Of a stretch of 58,470 nt of DNA, positions 46,127 through 55,146 are shown piece after piece. The notes under the pieces were generated by a model that ran no database searches, had not been told where the DNA came from, and worked only from the letters and a program-made list of their open reading frames with translations. The DNA lies in IMG/VR virus record IMGVR_UViG_3300037313_002205, positions 1 through 58,470 of that record. One strand, given 5' to 3'. Each line of letters begins with the position of its first letter. Position 1 is the stretch's first letter. Both the position numbers and the translations under genes were made by a program. Origin of the DNA: a virus (Duplodnaviria; Caudoviricetes).

Positions 46127-46157
46127 TATTTAGCACAAACCCCCCGTTGGGCGTCAA
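46127..46157 (-). promoter_or_regulatory. Overlapping sigma70-type (TTGACG-N17-GCTAAAT) and late (TAAATA) promoter
   Basis: Sequence TTGACG..GTGCTAAATAAACCCATG. Confidence 0.65.
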
Positions 46158-46165
46158 GCAGTTTC

Positions 46166-47833
46166 TCACTGGCCTACGGGTTTTATGCTCCCAAAGACGC
46201 CATGCTTTTCGTCGGCCAACCCTGCGGTGAAGTATAGCTGCGCCGGATCACCGGCCGCCCCGCCACTACCCGGCGTAATTGCCCACAGGTCCTGATTGAC
46301 CAGCGGCTTCCCGTCGCTGCCGCTGATTTGCCCAAGGAATTTGTGGGTTGTAAAATCAAACGCATTGATGGTGCCGTCGCCAAAGTTTCCGACCAATAAC
46401 GCATTGGCAAACGCGCCAAAGCTGCTCGGTGCGACGGTCAAGCCCCATGGCGCATTCAGTGACCCACCGGCGGCGACAAGCCCGACGTGATTGCCGTTCA
46501 GATCATACTGATCGACAACGCCTTGCGCCGGGCCGACACCACGGTTCAATGGTGCAAGGCTGACGAATAGCTGATTGTTCAGCACCTGCACGCCGTAAGG
46601 CGTGAATCCGGACGGGATTTCCGGGTTGGAAATGCTTTTTATAAGTTTGAAGTTGCTGTCGTACATATCGATGGTCTGGTTTTTGAAGTTGGCCGCGTAG
46701 AGCGTCGGTCCACTGGCGCTCGAACCGATCGCTAAACCGGTGTAGACGGCGTTCGAATTGGTCACCGCAACAGCGGCCTGTGTGCCAAGTGCTTGATTCC
46801 ATCCGGTAATTTGACCGGTGGTGGACGCAAAAATGAAAGTCGCCGGTTGTCCGTTAGGAAGCGTGAAGGCTTTAGAACTCGCAAAGTTGTTGAACACCTG
46901 ACCCGTAGGTGATGGTGTTGAGACGGGCGGGATAACATTAAGATTGATAGTGGATTGTCCAGTCGCTCCAGCCGGAGAGGTCGTTACCGAATCGACGCTA
47001 GTGAAATTTGTGCCCTGATCGGAAATCCAAAACGGGGTCGTGCTTGAGAAAGAGATGCCCCACGGATTGATCAGATTTGGATCGGTGACAGCGGCAGTTA
47101 CGGACCCGTCTGAGATGAGGTTCGTCTGGATAAACTGTGGTCCGCCCGGCGTCTGTAGGTTTCCCGGAGTGATGGACGTGGAACCGTTGGTCGATGTGCC
47201 GTTTGTGGATGTTCCGTTCGTCGATGTTCCAGGAGTGACGCCAGTAGGGCCTACGCTGCCTCCAGTCGCGCTTCCACCTGTTCCACTACCACCGGTCGCC
47301 GAGCCGCCTGTGGCCGTCCCTCCCGTGGCCGTTCCGGCGGTCGCCGTTCCTGCTGTCGCTGTGCCCGCTGTTGCAGTGCCGCTTCCTCCAGTGACCGTTC
47401 CGGCCGTTGCTGTACCCGGAGTGGACGTCCCAGGGGTCACGCCATTCGGGCCGACGCTTCCGCCAGTCGCACTGCCACCCGTTGCTGATCCACCTGTGGC
47501 CGTCCCAGACGTGCCCGCCCCGCCTGTTGCTGTGCCCGGCGTTATAGCGGTAGGACCGACACTGCTACCGATCGCACTGCCGCCGGTTCCACTGCCACCT
47601 GTCGCGCTTCCGCCAGTTGCTGTCCCACCGGTGGCTGTTCCGGCTGTAGCGGTACCTGCTGTAGCGGTCCCAGGGGTTGCGCTGCCGGGAGTACCGTTTC
47701 CGCCGATGACCGTTCCGGCCGTCGCTGTGCCGGGCGTGGACGTCCCAGGCGTCACGCCGTTTGGACCCACGCTTCCGCCAGTCGCACTGCCGCCAGTCGC
47801 ACTGCCGCCAGTCGCTGTAACTGTGCCGCTCAT
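46166..47833 (-). CDS. TIGR03118-like protein with N-terminal Gly/Thr/Ala/Ser pentapeptide repeats
   Basis: QTNLISDG..DPNLINPWGI..PFWISD.GT; LNAPWGL; LLVGNFGDGTINAFD; LYFTAG..EKHG.FG; AGGAG SD. Confidence 0.85.
   Translation of the reverse strand: MSGTVTATGGSATGGSATGGSVGPNGVTPGTSTPGTATAGTVIGGNGTPGSATPGTATAGTATAGTATGGTATGGSATGGSGTGGSAIGSSVGPTAITPGTATGGAGTSGTATGGSATGGSATGGSVGPNGVTPGTSTPGTATAGTVTGGSGTATAGTATAGTATAGTATGGTATGGSATGGSGTGGSATGGSVGPTGVTPGTSTNGTSTNGTSTNGSTSITPGNLQTPGGPQFIQTNLISDGSVTAAVTDPNLINPWGISFSSTTPFWISDQGTNFTSVDSVTTSPAGATGQSTINLNVIPPVSTPSPTGQVFNNFASSKAFTLPNGQPATFIFASTTGQITGWNQALGTQAAVAVTNSNAVYTGLAIGSSASGPTLYAANFKNQTIDMYDSNFKLIKSISNPEIPSGFTPYGVQVLNNQLFVSLAPLNRGVGPAQGVVDQYDLNGNHVGLVAAGGSLNAPWGLTVAPSSFGAFANALLVGNFGDGTINAFDFTTHKFLGQISGSDGKPLVNQDLWAITPGSGGAAGDPAQLYFTAGLADEKHGVFGSIKPVGQ
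47170..47825 (-). repeat. Coding 15-bp/pentapeptide repeat array with higher-order duplication
   Basis: GSATG/GTATA/GTSTP units; block ATGGSVGPNGVTPGTSTPGTATAGTV occurs twice. Confidence 0.85.
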
Positions 47834-47956
47834 TGCACTTCTCCTGTTGGTGGAAAGCACTTACGGATGGATTAACGATTCCACGGAGGCGCCGGTTGCT
47901 CCCCGGCCTGACAGGCTGCCACTTATCGATACAGGAGGCAACCTCGGGGTGGCTGA

Positions 47957-48799
47957 TTAGGTCGAGAGACGGTCGCGCGCCAGCTTCACATATCCAGGAT
48001 TAAGTTCAATCAAGGTGGCGTAGCGGTCGAGCCGTTCCGCGACTAAACCTGTTGTGCCTGAGCCAGCAAAGGGATCAAGAACCTGCCCGCCGATTGGGCA
48101 ACCAGCCAGAATGCACGGCTCGATCAATTTCGTCGGATACGAGCCGAAATGCGGAATCTTCAACGGCTCCGGTGACACTGACCAGACTGAGCGCTTGCGG
48201 CGAGTGTCGCGCACGACGATTTTCCGGGCAACGCTTCCAGGCGCCTTCGTCACGTTGCCCACATTCTTCTGTGTTCCGGCCGAGAAGTCCTTGACCGCAC
48301 CGGCAAACTTCGCCGGTTCCTCGATCGCCAAATAATCATAATAATAGCCCTTCGGCTGCTTGACGAACATGTGGATGAATTCGTGCGCCGCCTGCGTGCG
48401 ATCCTTTACCGGCGTAGGCGTCGTGCGCGGCTTTTCCCAGATTATTTCGTCGCGCAGATACCAGCCGTCGGCTTGCAAGGCCAGCGCGACTCGCGCCGGG
48501 ATCAGTAGTCGGTTCTTGTCGGCGGCGTAGCAGTCGCCAAGGTTGAGCCAAAAGGTGCCGTCGTCGCGCAATAGACGCCGAACTTCGCGAAAAACTTGCA
48601 CCAATTTGGCGATGTAATCTTCCACAGTTTCCTCCCGACCAATCTGCTTGGCGTCGTGATAGTCGCGCAGATTAAAATACGGCGGTGAGGTGACACAGGT
48701 GTGAAACCGGTCCGGCTCTAAGGTCTTCATCACCTCAATGCAATCGCCGGTCAATAAAGTCACTTTCGACGGAGGAAAAATGAACGGATCATCAAGCAT
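47957..48799 (-). CDS. DNA methyltransferase, beta class, probably N4-cytosine
   Basis: VTSPPY catalytic motif precedes DPFAGSGTT SAM motif; TAAATA 4 nt upstream. Confidence 0.92.
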   Translation of the reverse strand: MLDDPFIFPPSKVTLLTGDCIEVMKTLEPDRFHTCVTSPPYFNLRDYHDAKQIGREETVEDYIAKLVQVFREVRRLLRDDGTFWLNLGDCYAADKNRLLIPARVALALQADGWYLRDEIIWEKPRTTPTPVKDRTQAAHEFIHMFVKQPKGYYYDYLAIEEPAKFAGAVKDFSAGTQKNVGNVTKAPGSVARKIVVRDTRRKRSVWSVSPEPLKIPHFGSYPTKLIEPCILAGCPIGGQVLDPFAGSGTTGLVAERLDRYATLIELNPGYVKLARDRLST

Positions 48800-49534
48800 C
48801 CGTTATTTAGTGTGGAGTTAATTCATCTCGTATGCGAACAAGAAGCTCCGCGCAGGATATCGACTATGTGTACAACAAGTGACGTAAGGTGACCGTGCCG
48901 ACGGCCTAACGATGTGAAGCGATGAAGCGCGCTCTCGTCCCACGCATGGCGGTCGCGTAGCGGGAGGCCAGCGTGCGCTGATGTTCATTCCGCCATATGC
49001 AGCGGTCTTCGCGAATGACACCATGATCGACCCGCTGAAACAGCCGATAGAAAATCATGTAACGCAGGGGCGGGTGGTTAAAGTATCTCATATATTCGCC
49101 TTGGAATGCCGTTCGCCGGAGACACACTGGCTCCTAGCGAACGGCCTGTGATTTATTCGTCTAGATAGTTCTCGTTAATCGCCTGTTCGAGATGCGGGTA
49201 GACTCTGGCGATGGCTTTTTCATCCTTTTTTTGATGTGCCTCGACGTAGGCACATGCACAGGGAGCGCGTGTACGGGCAACCGAACTCGTTGTCGGAACG
49301 TCTGAATTGTGTTCGTTTGGTGCTGGAGCAAAACCATGCTCCGCCTCGGCGCGCAGTGACGACTACGGTCACACCGGCCGTACACGCTGCGTCCGGCGCC
49401 GGTGCGGCAAATGGGCGCACATCCGCGCACCCGATGGTCGTGGCCCGACATAAGCGACTGGGCCGCGTCATCTTCAAACGCGAGTACCGCCGCGTGGCGA
49501 TCAAGCGCGAGCCGCGCAAGGTGTAAATATCACT

Positions 49535-49825
49535 ATGAGCATCTATACGCCGCTGCCCTCGCTGCCACCTCAGACGCCCTCGGACACCTTGGACAACGAG
49601 TTTCAGTTTTCCTTGCCGGCAGGCGATTACATCGTCAGCGCGAACGTCGGCAGCGACAGCACCACCCTGCTGTTCCCCGATCTGCTCATCAGCGGCAACT
49701 CGGTCATCGTGTGGGTCTCGGGCGGCACACCAAACACGACCGCGACGATCACCGTGAACATCACGACCGCGCAAGGCCGCACGTATAATCGCAGCGCGAC
49801 TATGCAGATTCTTCTCCTCGTTTAG
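49535..49825 (+). CDS. Small structural/fibre-adaptor-like protein
   Basis: VWVSGGT...ITVNITTAQGRTYNRS beta pattern; TAAATA 5 nt upstream. Confidence 0.55.
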   Translation: MSIYTPLPSLPPQTPSDTLDNEFQFSLPAGDYIVSANVGSDSTTLLFPDLLISGNSVIVWVSGGTPNTTATITVNITTAQGRTYNRSATMQILLLV

Positions 49826-51530
49826 CAAACTCCAGCAAGGTGCCGTCTGGCGCCGTGGCGGGCCATACCGAATCATCCGGCATCCGCACATAGGCCGGCC
49901 GGGCGTCACCATCTTGACCTGCCGGGATTTTAAACGTTTGCCCGTTGATGAAGAGTATCAGGCCATCTGACGCGGTGGTGATGCGAAACTCGACGCGGCT
50001 GAGCAGCGACCGGAGTTGCTCGCGGGCATCGATATCGCCGCGCTCCGCCGGTTCGATCAGTCGATGCATGATGGAGAGCATTTCCTCGGCTCGGCTCGGC
50101 GCTTTCGCCGCTTCTAACTGCAACTCTAACTCGGCGCGCTGTGCCTTATAGCGGTCAATCTCGCGTGCGGTTTTCTCAAACTCATCCGCCATTGTTAGCG
50201 ATTTACCTATGCGTGGCCGCAGCGCCTCTAAATTTTCGGAGGCGTCCTGCTCCCTCCTAACTAGGGAGTCGATCTCCTCGGCAATCTCTGTGGCGTTTAG
50301 CTGAGGCTTTGAAATCGGCAGATGCAAGGCTAGTAGGTGTAATAGGCGAGGCTCATAATAGTATAAGTCGTAGCGATCCTTGTCCGAACAAGAGCGCGCC
50401 TCGACGTAGCGAGCGCACGTTAGCATCCGCCTCCGTCTACCATCTTTAAGCAACGACCCTGAGGTATCGACGCGTAGGGATTCACCACAAGACTTACAAA
50501 ATAGTTTCTTCGGGAACAGGTTCGGCACCTCGCCACCACGCCGCCCGACGAGACCCTCACGCCGCTTGTGCAGGGCGAGACGGGCTTGCACCCACATCTC
50601 GATCGGAATGGCCGCCGGATAAACTGTGACCCATTCACCCGCCTTCTCGCGCCGCGTGCCAACGCGCACGCATGGGCGCATCTGGCCAATGACGGCCCTG
50701 CTGCGGAGGATCGCTGCAACGCGCGGTGCTGCCCAGCGTTCGGCGGGATTTTTTCCGTTAGGGAACGTCGGCTTATGATGATCGTTCAAGTGCTTGGCGA
50801 TGGCACGTACGGATAATCCTTGAATACACAACTCAAAAATCAGCGCGACAACAGGGGCGCGCTCCGGATGCAAACCGTAATCATTGCTTCGCTTCGATCG
50901 CGTAATCCACGCCGGTGGCGGTGAATTAATGACCGGTACCTCGGCTTTAGGGTCCTTACGTAGCTTGGCGAGCTTTTCGCGGCGTGCCTTATGTGCGCCG
51001 CGCGCCTGATTGCTCAGGCGCTGGACGTAGCGGCGGGCGGCCTTAATACGAGCGATCAGTTTTTCTGAGTCCGCATTGACCGTCGCCTCATTCCAGATCA
51101 TGTCGGTCGGATCGTCATCATTCTCGTCGGCGCCTTCGAGGATGATGATGCCGCGCGCGAACAGCTTTTGGAGCATCGCCATCACAGCCATCGTCGGTTC
51201 GCGTGTGAGACGATCCCAAGCCTCGATGATCAGTATCGTACCGGGCTTGACCTCGCCGTTGTCGATCATCTCCAGCAGGATGCCCAACTCGCCACGTTCG
51301 CGGTGGCACCCCTGCCCGCTCAGGCCACGATCCTCAACCGACCGCAGCCGGTTGAGTTGATATACGCTGACGAGGCGCGTCAGCGTGTGTTCCTGACGGT
51401 CGATGCTCGACCCCCGCTCTTGATCGGGCGTTGAGAACCGCAGATGGCTGATGGCGTCGCGACCGAGGATATGGTCGCGCGACAGGATCGTCGTCTGGAG
51501 CGGATCGCGTTTGTGGTTATATGCGTTCAT
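49800..51530 (-). CDS. Large serine recombinase (resolvase + recombinase + zinc ribbon + coiled coil)
   Basis: LRFSTPDQ..G.SIDRQ; EAWDRLTRE; IFELCIQGLSVRAIAKHLN; YPAAI; LFCKSCG..C..C. Confidence 0.9.
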   Translation of the reverse strand: MNAYNHKRDPLQTTILSRDHILGRDAISHLRFSTPDQERGSSIDRQEHTLTRLVSVYQLNRLRSVEDRGLSGQGCHRERGELGILLEMIDNGEVKPGTILIIEAWDRLTREPTMAVMAMLQKLFARGIIILEGADENDDDPTDMIWNEATVNADSEKLIARIKAARRYVQRLSNQARGAHKARREKLAKLRKDPKAEVPVINSPPPAWITRSKRSNDYGLHPERAPVVALIFELCIQGLSVRAIAKHLNDHHKPTFPNGKNPAERWAAPRVAAILRSRAVIGQMRPCVRVGTRREKAGEWVTVYPAAIPIEMWVQARLALHKRREGLVGRRGGEVPNLFPKKLFCKSCGESLRVDTSGSLLKDGRRRRMLTCARYVEARSCSDKDRYDLYYYEPRLLHLLALHLPISKPQLNATEIAEEIDSLVRREQDASENLEALRPRIGKSLTMADEFEKTAREIDRYKAQRAELELQLEAAKAPSRAEEMLSIMHRLIEPAERGDIDAREQLRSLLSRVEFRITTASDGLILFINGQTFKIPAGQDGDARPAYVRMPDDSVWPATAPDGTLLEFAKRGEESA

Positions 51531-51558
51531 CGCAGCCGCACCTTCTTAATTGCGCGTG

Positions 51559-51825
51559 TCACCATAGCGTGTTGCAACTCGTGATAGAGGCGCAGTCGCA
51601 GATCATCTCCATCGTCGCGTATTCGGCACGCGTTATTGTAATTTCTTCGCTCGCATCAAAACGCTCTGATCGGCTCTCATCATCCTCCTCTGATTCATCT
51701 TCCGGTCCATCGTCGCCAACCATGGCCATCAGACGTTCAACTTCTTCAGCCAGGGCGACGATGTCATCGTTTCCACTGGACTTAGCATCGGCAATCCGCT
51801 GCGCCATGTTTCGAGTATCAGGCAT
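51559..51825 (-). CDS. Small acidic hypothetical protein upstream of the recombinase
   Basis: GGAGG SD. Confidence 0.45.
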   Translation of the reverse strand: MPDTRNMAQRIADAKSSGNDDIVALAEEVERLMAMVGDDGPEDESEEDDESRSERFDASEEITITRAEYATMEMICDCASITSCNTLW

Positions 51826-52002
51826 CGCTTCGGTGTCCTCCAGTGCTAGTCAGACGGTTGTTGATAAAACGTTCAACTGTCGATGTCCATCGCTCAAGAG
51901 GCAGTGCGATGATCCGCCGGTACAAAATCCCGTGGCGCAGGCATTGGTAGTTGGCGTATCTGACGGGATGTCCTAATTTATTGCTCTTGGGAGGCCGACG
52001 GT

Positions 52003-52362
52003 ATGTGTCGTTCACTAATCTTGCTTAGCGCGCTAGGAATAATGACTGTGCATCTATCGGCTGAGGCTGCGCAGTTCGGTGTGGACGCGACGTGCAGTTC
52101 AGTGAATGCGATGCCGATGGCAACGCCGAGCCGGGACTTTATGTATACGGCGGCGCACGAGGTCGGCGTCTATCTCAGTGAAAAATTCCCCGGCGACCAA
52201 CGCATTCGAGCGAACGGTGCGGCGATGACCGACCGCGACTGGTTCACCGCCCTCGATGCCGCGATGCTGGCCTGTGCGTTAGAGGGCGACAGCGAGAAGC
52301 TGTTGCTCGACGTCTACAAAGATATCCTGATTCGAAAGCTTACCAAGCAGTCAACTGATTGA
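52003..52362 (+). CDS. Secreted/periplasmic small protein
   Basis: Signal peptide ending AEA; Cys pair; GGAGG SD. Confidence 0.6.
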   Translation: MCRSLILLSALGIMTVHLSAEAAQFGVDATCSSVNAMPMATPSRDFMYTAAHEVGVYLSEKFPGDQRIRANGAAMTDRDWFTALDAAMLACALEGDSEKLLLDVYKDILIRKLTKQSTD

Positions 52363-52382
52363 ACCCGACCTTGGTCACAATC

Positions 52383-54248
52383 CTATTTGACCTGAGTGAT
52401 CTGCACGCGAGCGACCGAATGCCACGTGTCGCTGTTGCCGGTCGGCGGTGTAAACGACAAATTCAGGCATTGGTTGGTCGTATCCGCCGAGGCCGACACT
52501 GAGGCGCCGGTGACAGCCCCGTTGCTCAGGATTGCTGGGATGCCAGCCTGCCATGCCGCGTTACCGCCGGTGCGCGTTAGGTTGCCGACGGGCAAGCTCC
52601 ATGTATAATCGTTCGCTGAATTTGAAACGTCTGTCGCCTCCAGTAGAATTGTCACCCCATATTTCGTTGCTGTTCCTATATTGACACAGTTGGTCGAGCC
52701 GGCTGCATTGCCGTCACTGGTCATACGGATCGCCGATGTTGACGATCCCGAGCCGCGCAAAACATAGAAAACGGTCTGGGCGTCGCCGGTGTTCGTCAGT
52801 TTTCCGGAAGAATATGTGAAACCGCCAAAATAGGCGTTGTCGTTGTACTCTTTGCCGAACGCAAAAGATGACCGATGGACGGACCGGCTTCCTCCCGTGC
52901 CGACGTCGAAGCCACCATTGCCCAACGTAACGATGCTCAAGCCAATCTCGGTGTCGCTCGCAACCGTAGCGATCGTGAAGAGCGGATCGGACCCTGATCC
53001 ATTGCCATTAGCTGTTATGTAGTTGCTGTTATTGACCTGGGTGCGAACGCGGAATGCTGGGGTCTCATTGGCCACATCAGTGAAGGTGATGCCGTTGTTA
53101 TTAAATATTTGCGTCGCACTAGCTGCGGTTGCATCGGACCTTATGGTGGAACGGATCGTACCCGAACCATCGCTGGTCCAGGTGTAGGCATCTCCCTTCG
53201 GTAGTTGCACAAAGATGCCGGTGCCAGTGGTGCCGTCGTTGCCGTCCAGAGCGTTAGCAGCGACAATAATGCCTTTGTTAAATCGCGCGCCGTTGTTGAG
53301 GATGCCCATAGCCGCCGACAAACTATTGGCAGTTCCGGCTCCCGCACCGTCACAAGTTTCACCGCACGACGCGAGCCATAGATCGGCTGTGGTGCCTGGA
53401 TATCCGCCGTCCAGCGCGTAAGGCTCTAGCAGCGTCACCGGCCCCAAGTTGGCCATGTCCATCTCCAACCCGACCATGCCACCGGGAAGGAACTGGGCCG
53501 TCATGCTCATGCTGCTTACGGTCTGCGATTTACTGACCGTATAGGTTCCAGCGCCGCCCGGTGTGCCGGTCAATTGCGCAGTGATGGATGTCATCGGCAG
53601 TATCGACGTGCCAGCGGTCACCAGTTGTCCCACTGCGACGGGACCACCGGACGTGACGGACGAAACTGTTAAGGTCGTTCCGGAGATAGAGCCGACAATC
53701 GGCGTGATTTGCGTGGGCGCAGCGCGTTCGCCATGAAAATAAGCCGTCCACGAACCAGACCGACGATTGGATGGAAACGGCGTCATTTTATCCTGATAGA
53801 CAAATGAGCCAAGGCCGATGGTCCCGGGCCAATTTGACGTATTTTCAGAAGATCGGGTTGCTGCCACGATGGCGATCTGGCCGGTCGAGGATATCGACTC
53901 CAATGTGGAGGTGGTGTCGAAATAGTTCATGTCGGTATGCGTGCCGACCCAAGTGGTGGCGCCTGAACGTACGGTCGCACCGCCAAACCACTGCAATCCC
54001 GATGATGTCAGCGAGTTGGCGACAGGGGCCGTGCCACTTAATGTGCCAATCTGCGTCGTGCCAAGCGCGCTAGCCCACCCGCCATCGGTCAACAATTTGC
54101 CGGTGGTCGAGGTCGTCGGCGGCACAACACCGCGTGACGTTGTGCTGAATAACGGCAGCGTGCCCGGTACAACCGGAGTCGTCGATTGAGCGAATGTAAC
54201 TGCGGGGACAAATGCCAGAACCGTGGCTAAAAGAAATCTGAAACGCAT
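52383..54248 (-). CDS. Fibre-like Gly/Thr/Ser-rich late protein with Sec-type signal peptide
   Basis: [21 protein letters not shown]; [19 protein letters not shown] module; TAAATA at 54273-54278. Confidence 0.65.
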   Translation of the reverse strand: MRFRFLLATVLAFVPAVTFAQSTTPVVPGTLPLFSTTSRGVVPPTTSTTGKLLTDGGWASALGTTQIGTLSGTAPVANSLTSSGLQWFGGATVRSGATTWVGTHTDMNYFDTTSTLESISSTGQIAIVAATRSSENTSNWPGTIGLGSFVYQDKMTPFPSNRRSGSWTAYFHGERAAPTQITPIVGSISGTTLTVSSVTSGGPVAVGQLVTAGTSILPMTSITAQLTGTPGGAGTYTVSKSQTVSSMSMTAQFLPGGMVGLEMDMANLGPVTLLEPYALDGGYPGTTADLWLASCGETCDGAGAGTANSLSAAMGILNNGARFNKGIIVAANALDGNDGTTGTGIFVQLPKGDAYTWTSDGSGTIRSTIRSDATAASATQIFNNNGITFTDVANETPAFRVRTQVNNSNYITANGNGSGSDPLFTIATVASDTEIGLSIVTLGNGGFDVGTGGSRSVHRSSFAFGKEYNDNAYFGGFTYSSGKLTNTGDAQTVFYVLRGSGSSTSAIRMTSDGNAAGSTNCVNIGTATKYGVTILLEATDVSNSANDYTWSLPVGNLTRTGGNAAWQAGIPAILSNGAVTGASVSASADTTNQCLNLSFTPPTGNSDTWHSVARVQITQVK

Positions 54249-54349
54249 GGATCGACCAAATATTCTGTCGAATATTTAGGTCGATCCGAGTTTTAGTGCT
54301 TCGGAGTGAAGTCGTGGACGGTGAAGCTCACCTTAGTTGACGCAGTTTG

Positions 54350-54586
54350 TCACTTCTTGAGGCAGACATAGCCATCGGCTAGCTCCATGCGGCCGGGCGC
54401 GTTTAATAAGGTTTCCACGTTAATCCCCTGGCGCGGCTTGACGTGATAGCCGCGCAGGATCAACCATGCCTCGACCGGCGTAATCGGAAAATCTTTCGCC
54501 GGGATTGTCCCACCCGGGTCCTTGGCGTCAATGCTCTCAGGGATCGGGATGTCGTCGAACTGATAGTTACGTACGGCGTTGCTCAA
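54350..54586 (-). CDS. Hypothetical protein
   Basis: GAGGAG SD; TTG start overlaps the upstream stop. Confidence 0.5.
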   Translation of the reverse strand: MSNAVRNYQFDDIPIPESIDAKDPGGTIPAKDFPITPVEAWLILRGYHVKPRQGINVETLLNAPGRMELADGYVCLKK

Positions 54587-54897
54587 CGCGTCTCTCCTCG
54601 CGCTAGATGACACTCGCGGGCGACCTCAATGCTCATGTAGCCGAGGCTCCACAAAGCAGCGCGCGTGAAGGCCAGTAGGTTTCCCAGCACCGTCTGCGTC
54701 TTCGCCGCACCATTAGCCCCCGCCTCTTCAGAACACAACGCGTGCTCCAGCAGTTTGTGGATCGCACGCAAGTGAAGTTCCACGGCGCGATCCGGTGGGT
54801 AGGCGTCGTAGACAAAGGTGCTGAAGGTGTCGAGTAAGTTCTTCCATTGCATCTCGATGACATCAACGGAACGGGCATCGGGCGGATCATCTTGCAT
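54583..54897 (-). CDS. Hypothetical protein
   Basis: GGAG SD; helical. Confidence 0.5.
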   Translation of the reverse strand: MQDDPPDARSVDVIEMQWKNLLDTFSTFVYDAYPPDRAVELHLRAIHKLLEHALCSEEAGANGAAKTQTVLGNLLAFTRAALWSLGYMSIEVARECHLARGETR

Positions 54898-55146
54898 CGC
54901 ATGTCTCTCCAAGGGCCGGATACCGAAGCGACAAAGCCGCGTCAACCGATTTCTATTTGTTTTTACACCTTGGCGCACTGTTTTGCGTCAGCAATGTTAA
55001 ATATTCCCGAGAAGCAAGGCTTCTGGAACGAATTTCAGGCCGTAGTACGGAACTAGTTATAATTATGCCTTTACCTATCGCCATTTTCCGGAAGCACGGC
55101 ACTCATCTCTACCAAGAGATAGAAATTACAAAGGAGATTGGCCTTG

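Noticed and set aside
47170-47825. Possible CRISPR array or DGR repeat
   Set aside because: Repeats are degenerate, in-frame and coding with no spacers; no cas or reverse transcriptase gene seen in the window
47040-47960. 306-aa Val/Pro/Ala-rich plus-strand ORF
   Set aside because: Antisense shadow of the pentapeptide repeat gene
48818-49526. ORFs or att site between methylase and adaptor-like gene
   Set aside because: No convincing SD, motif or inverted repeat; left unannotated
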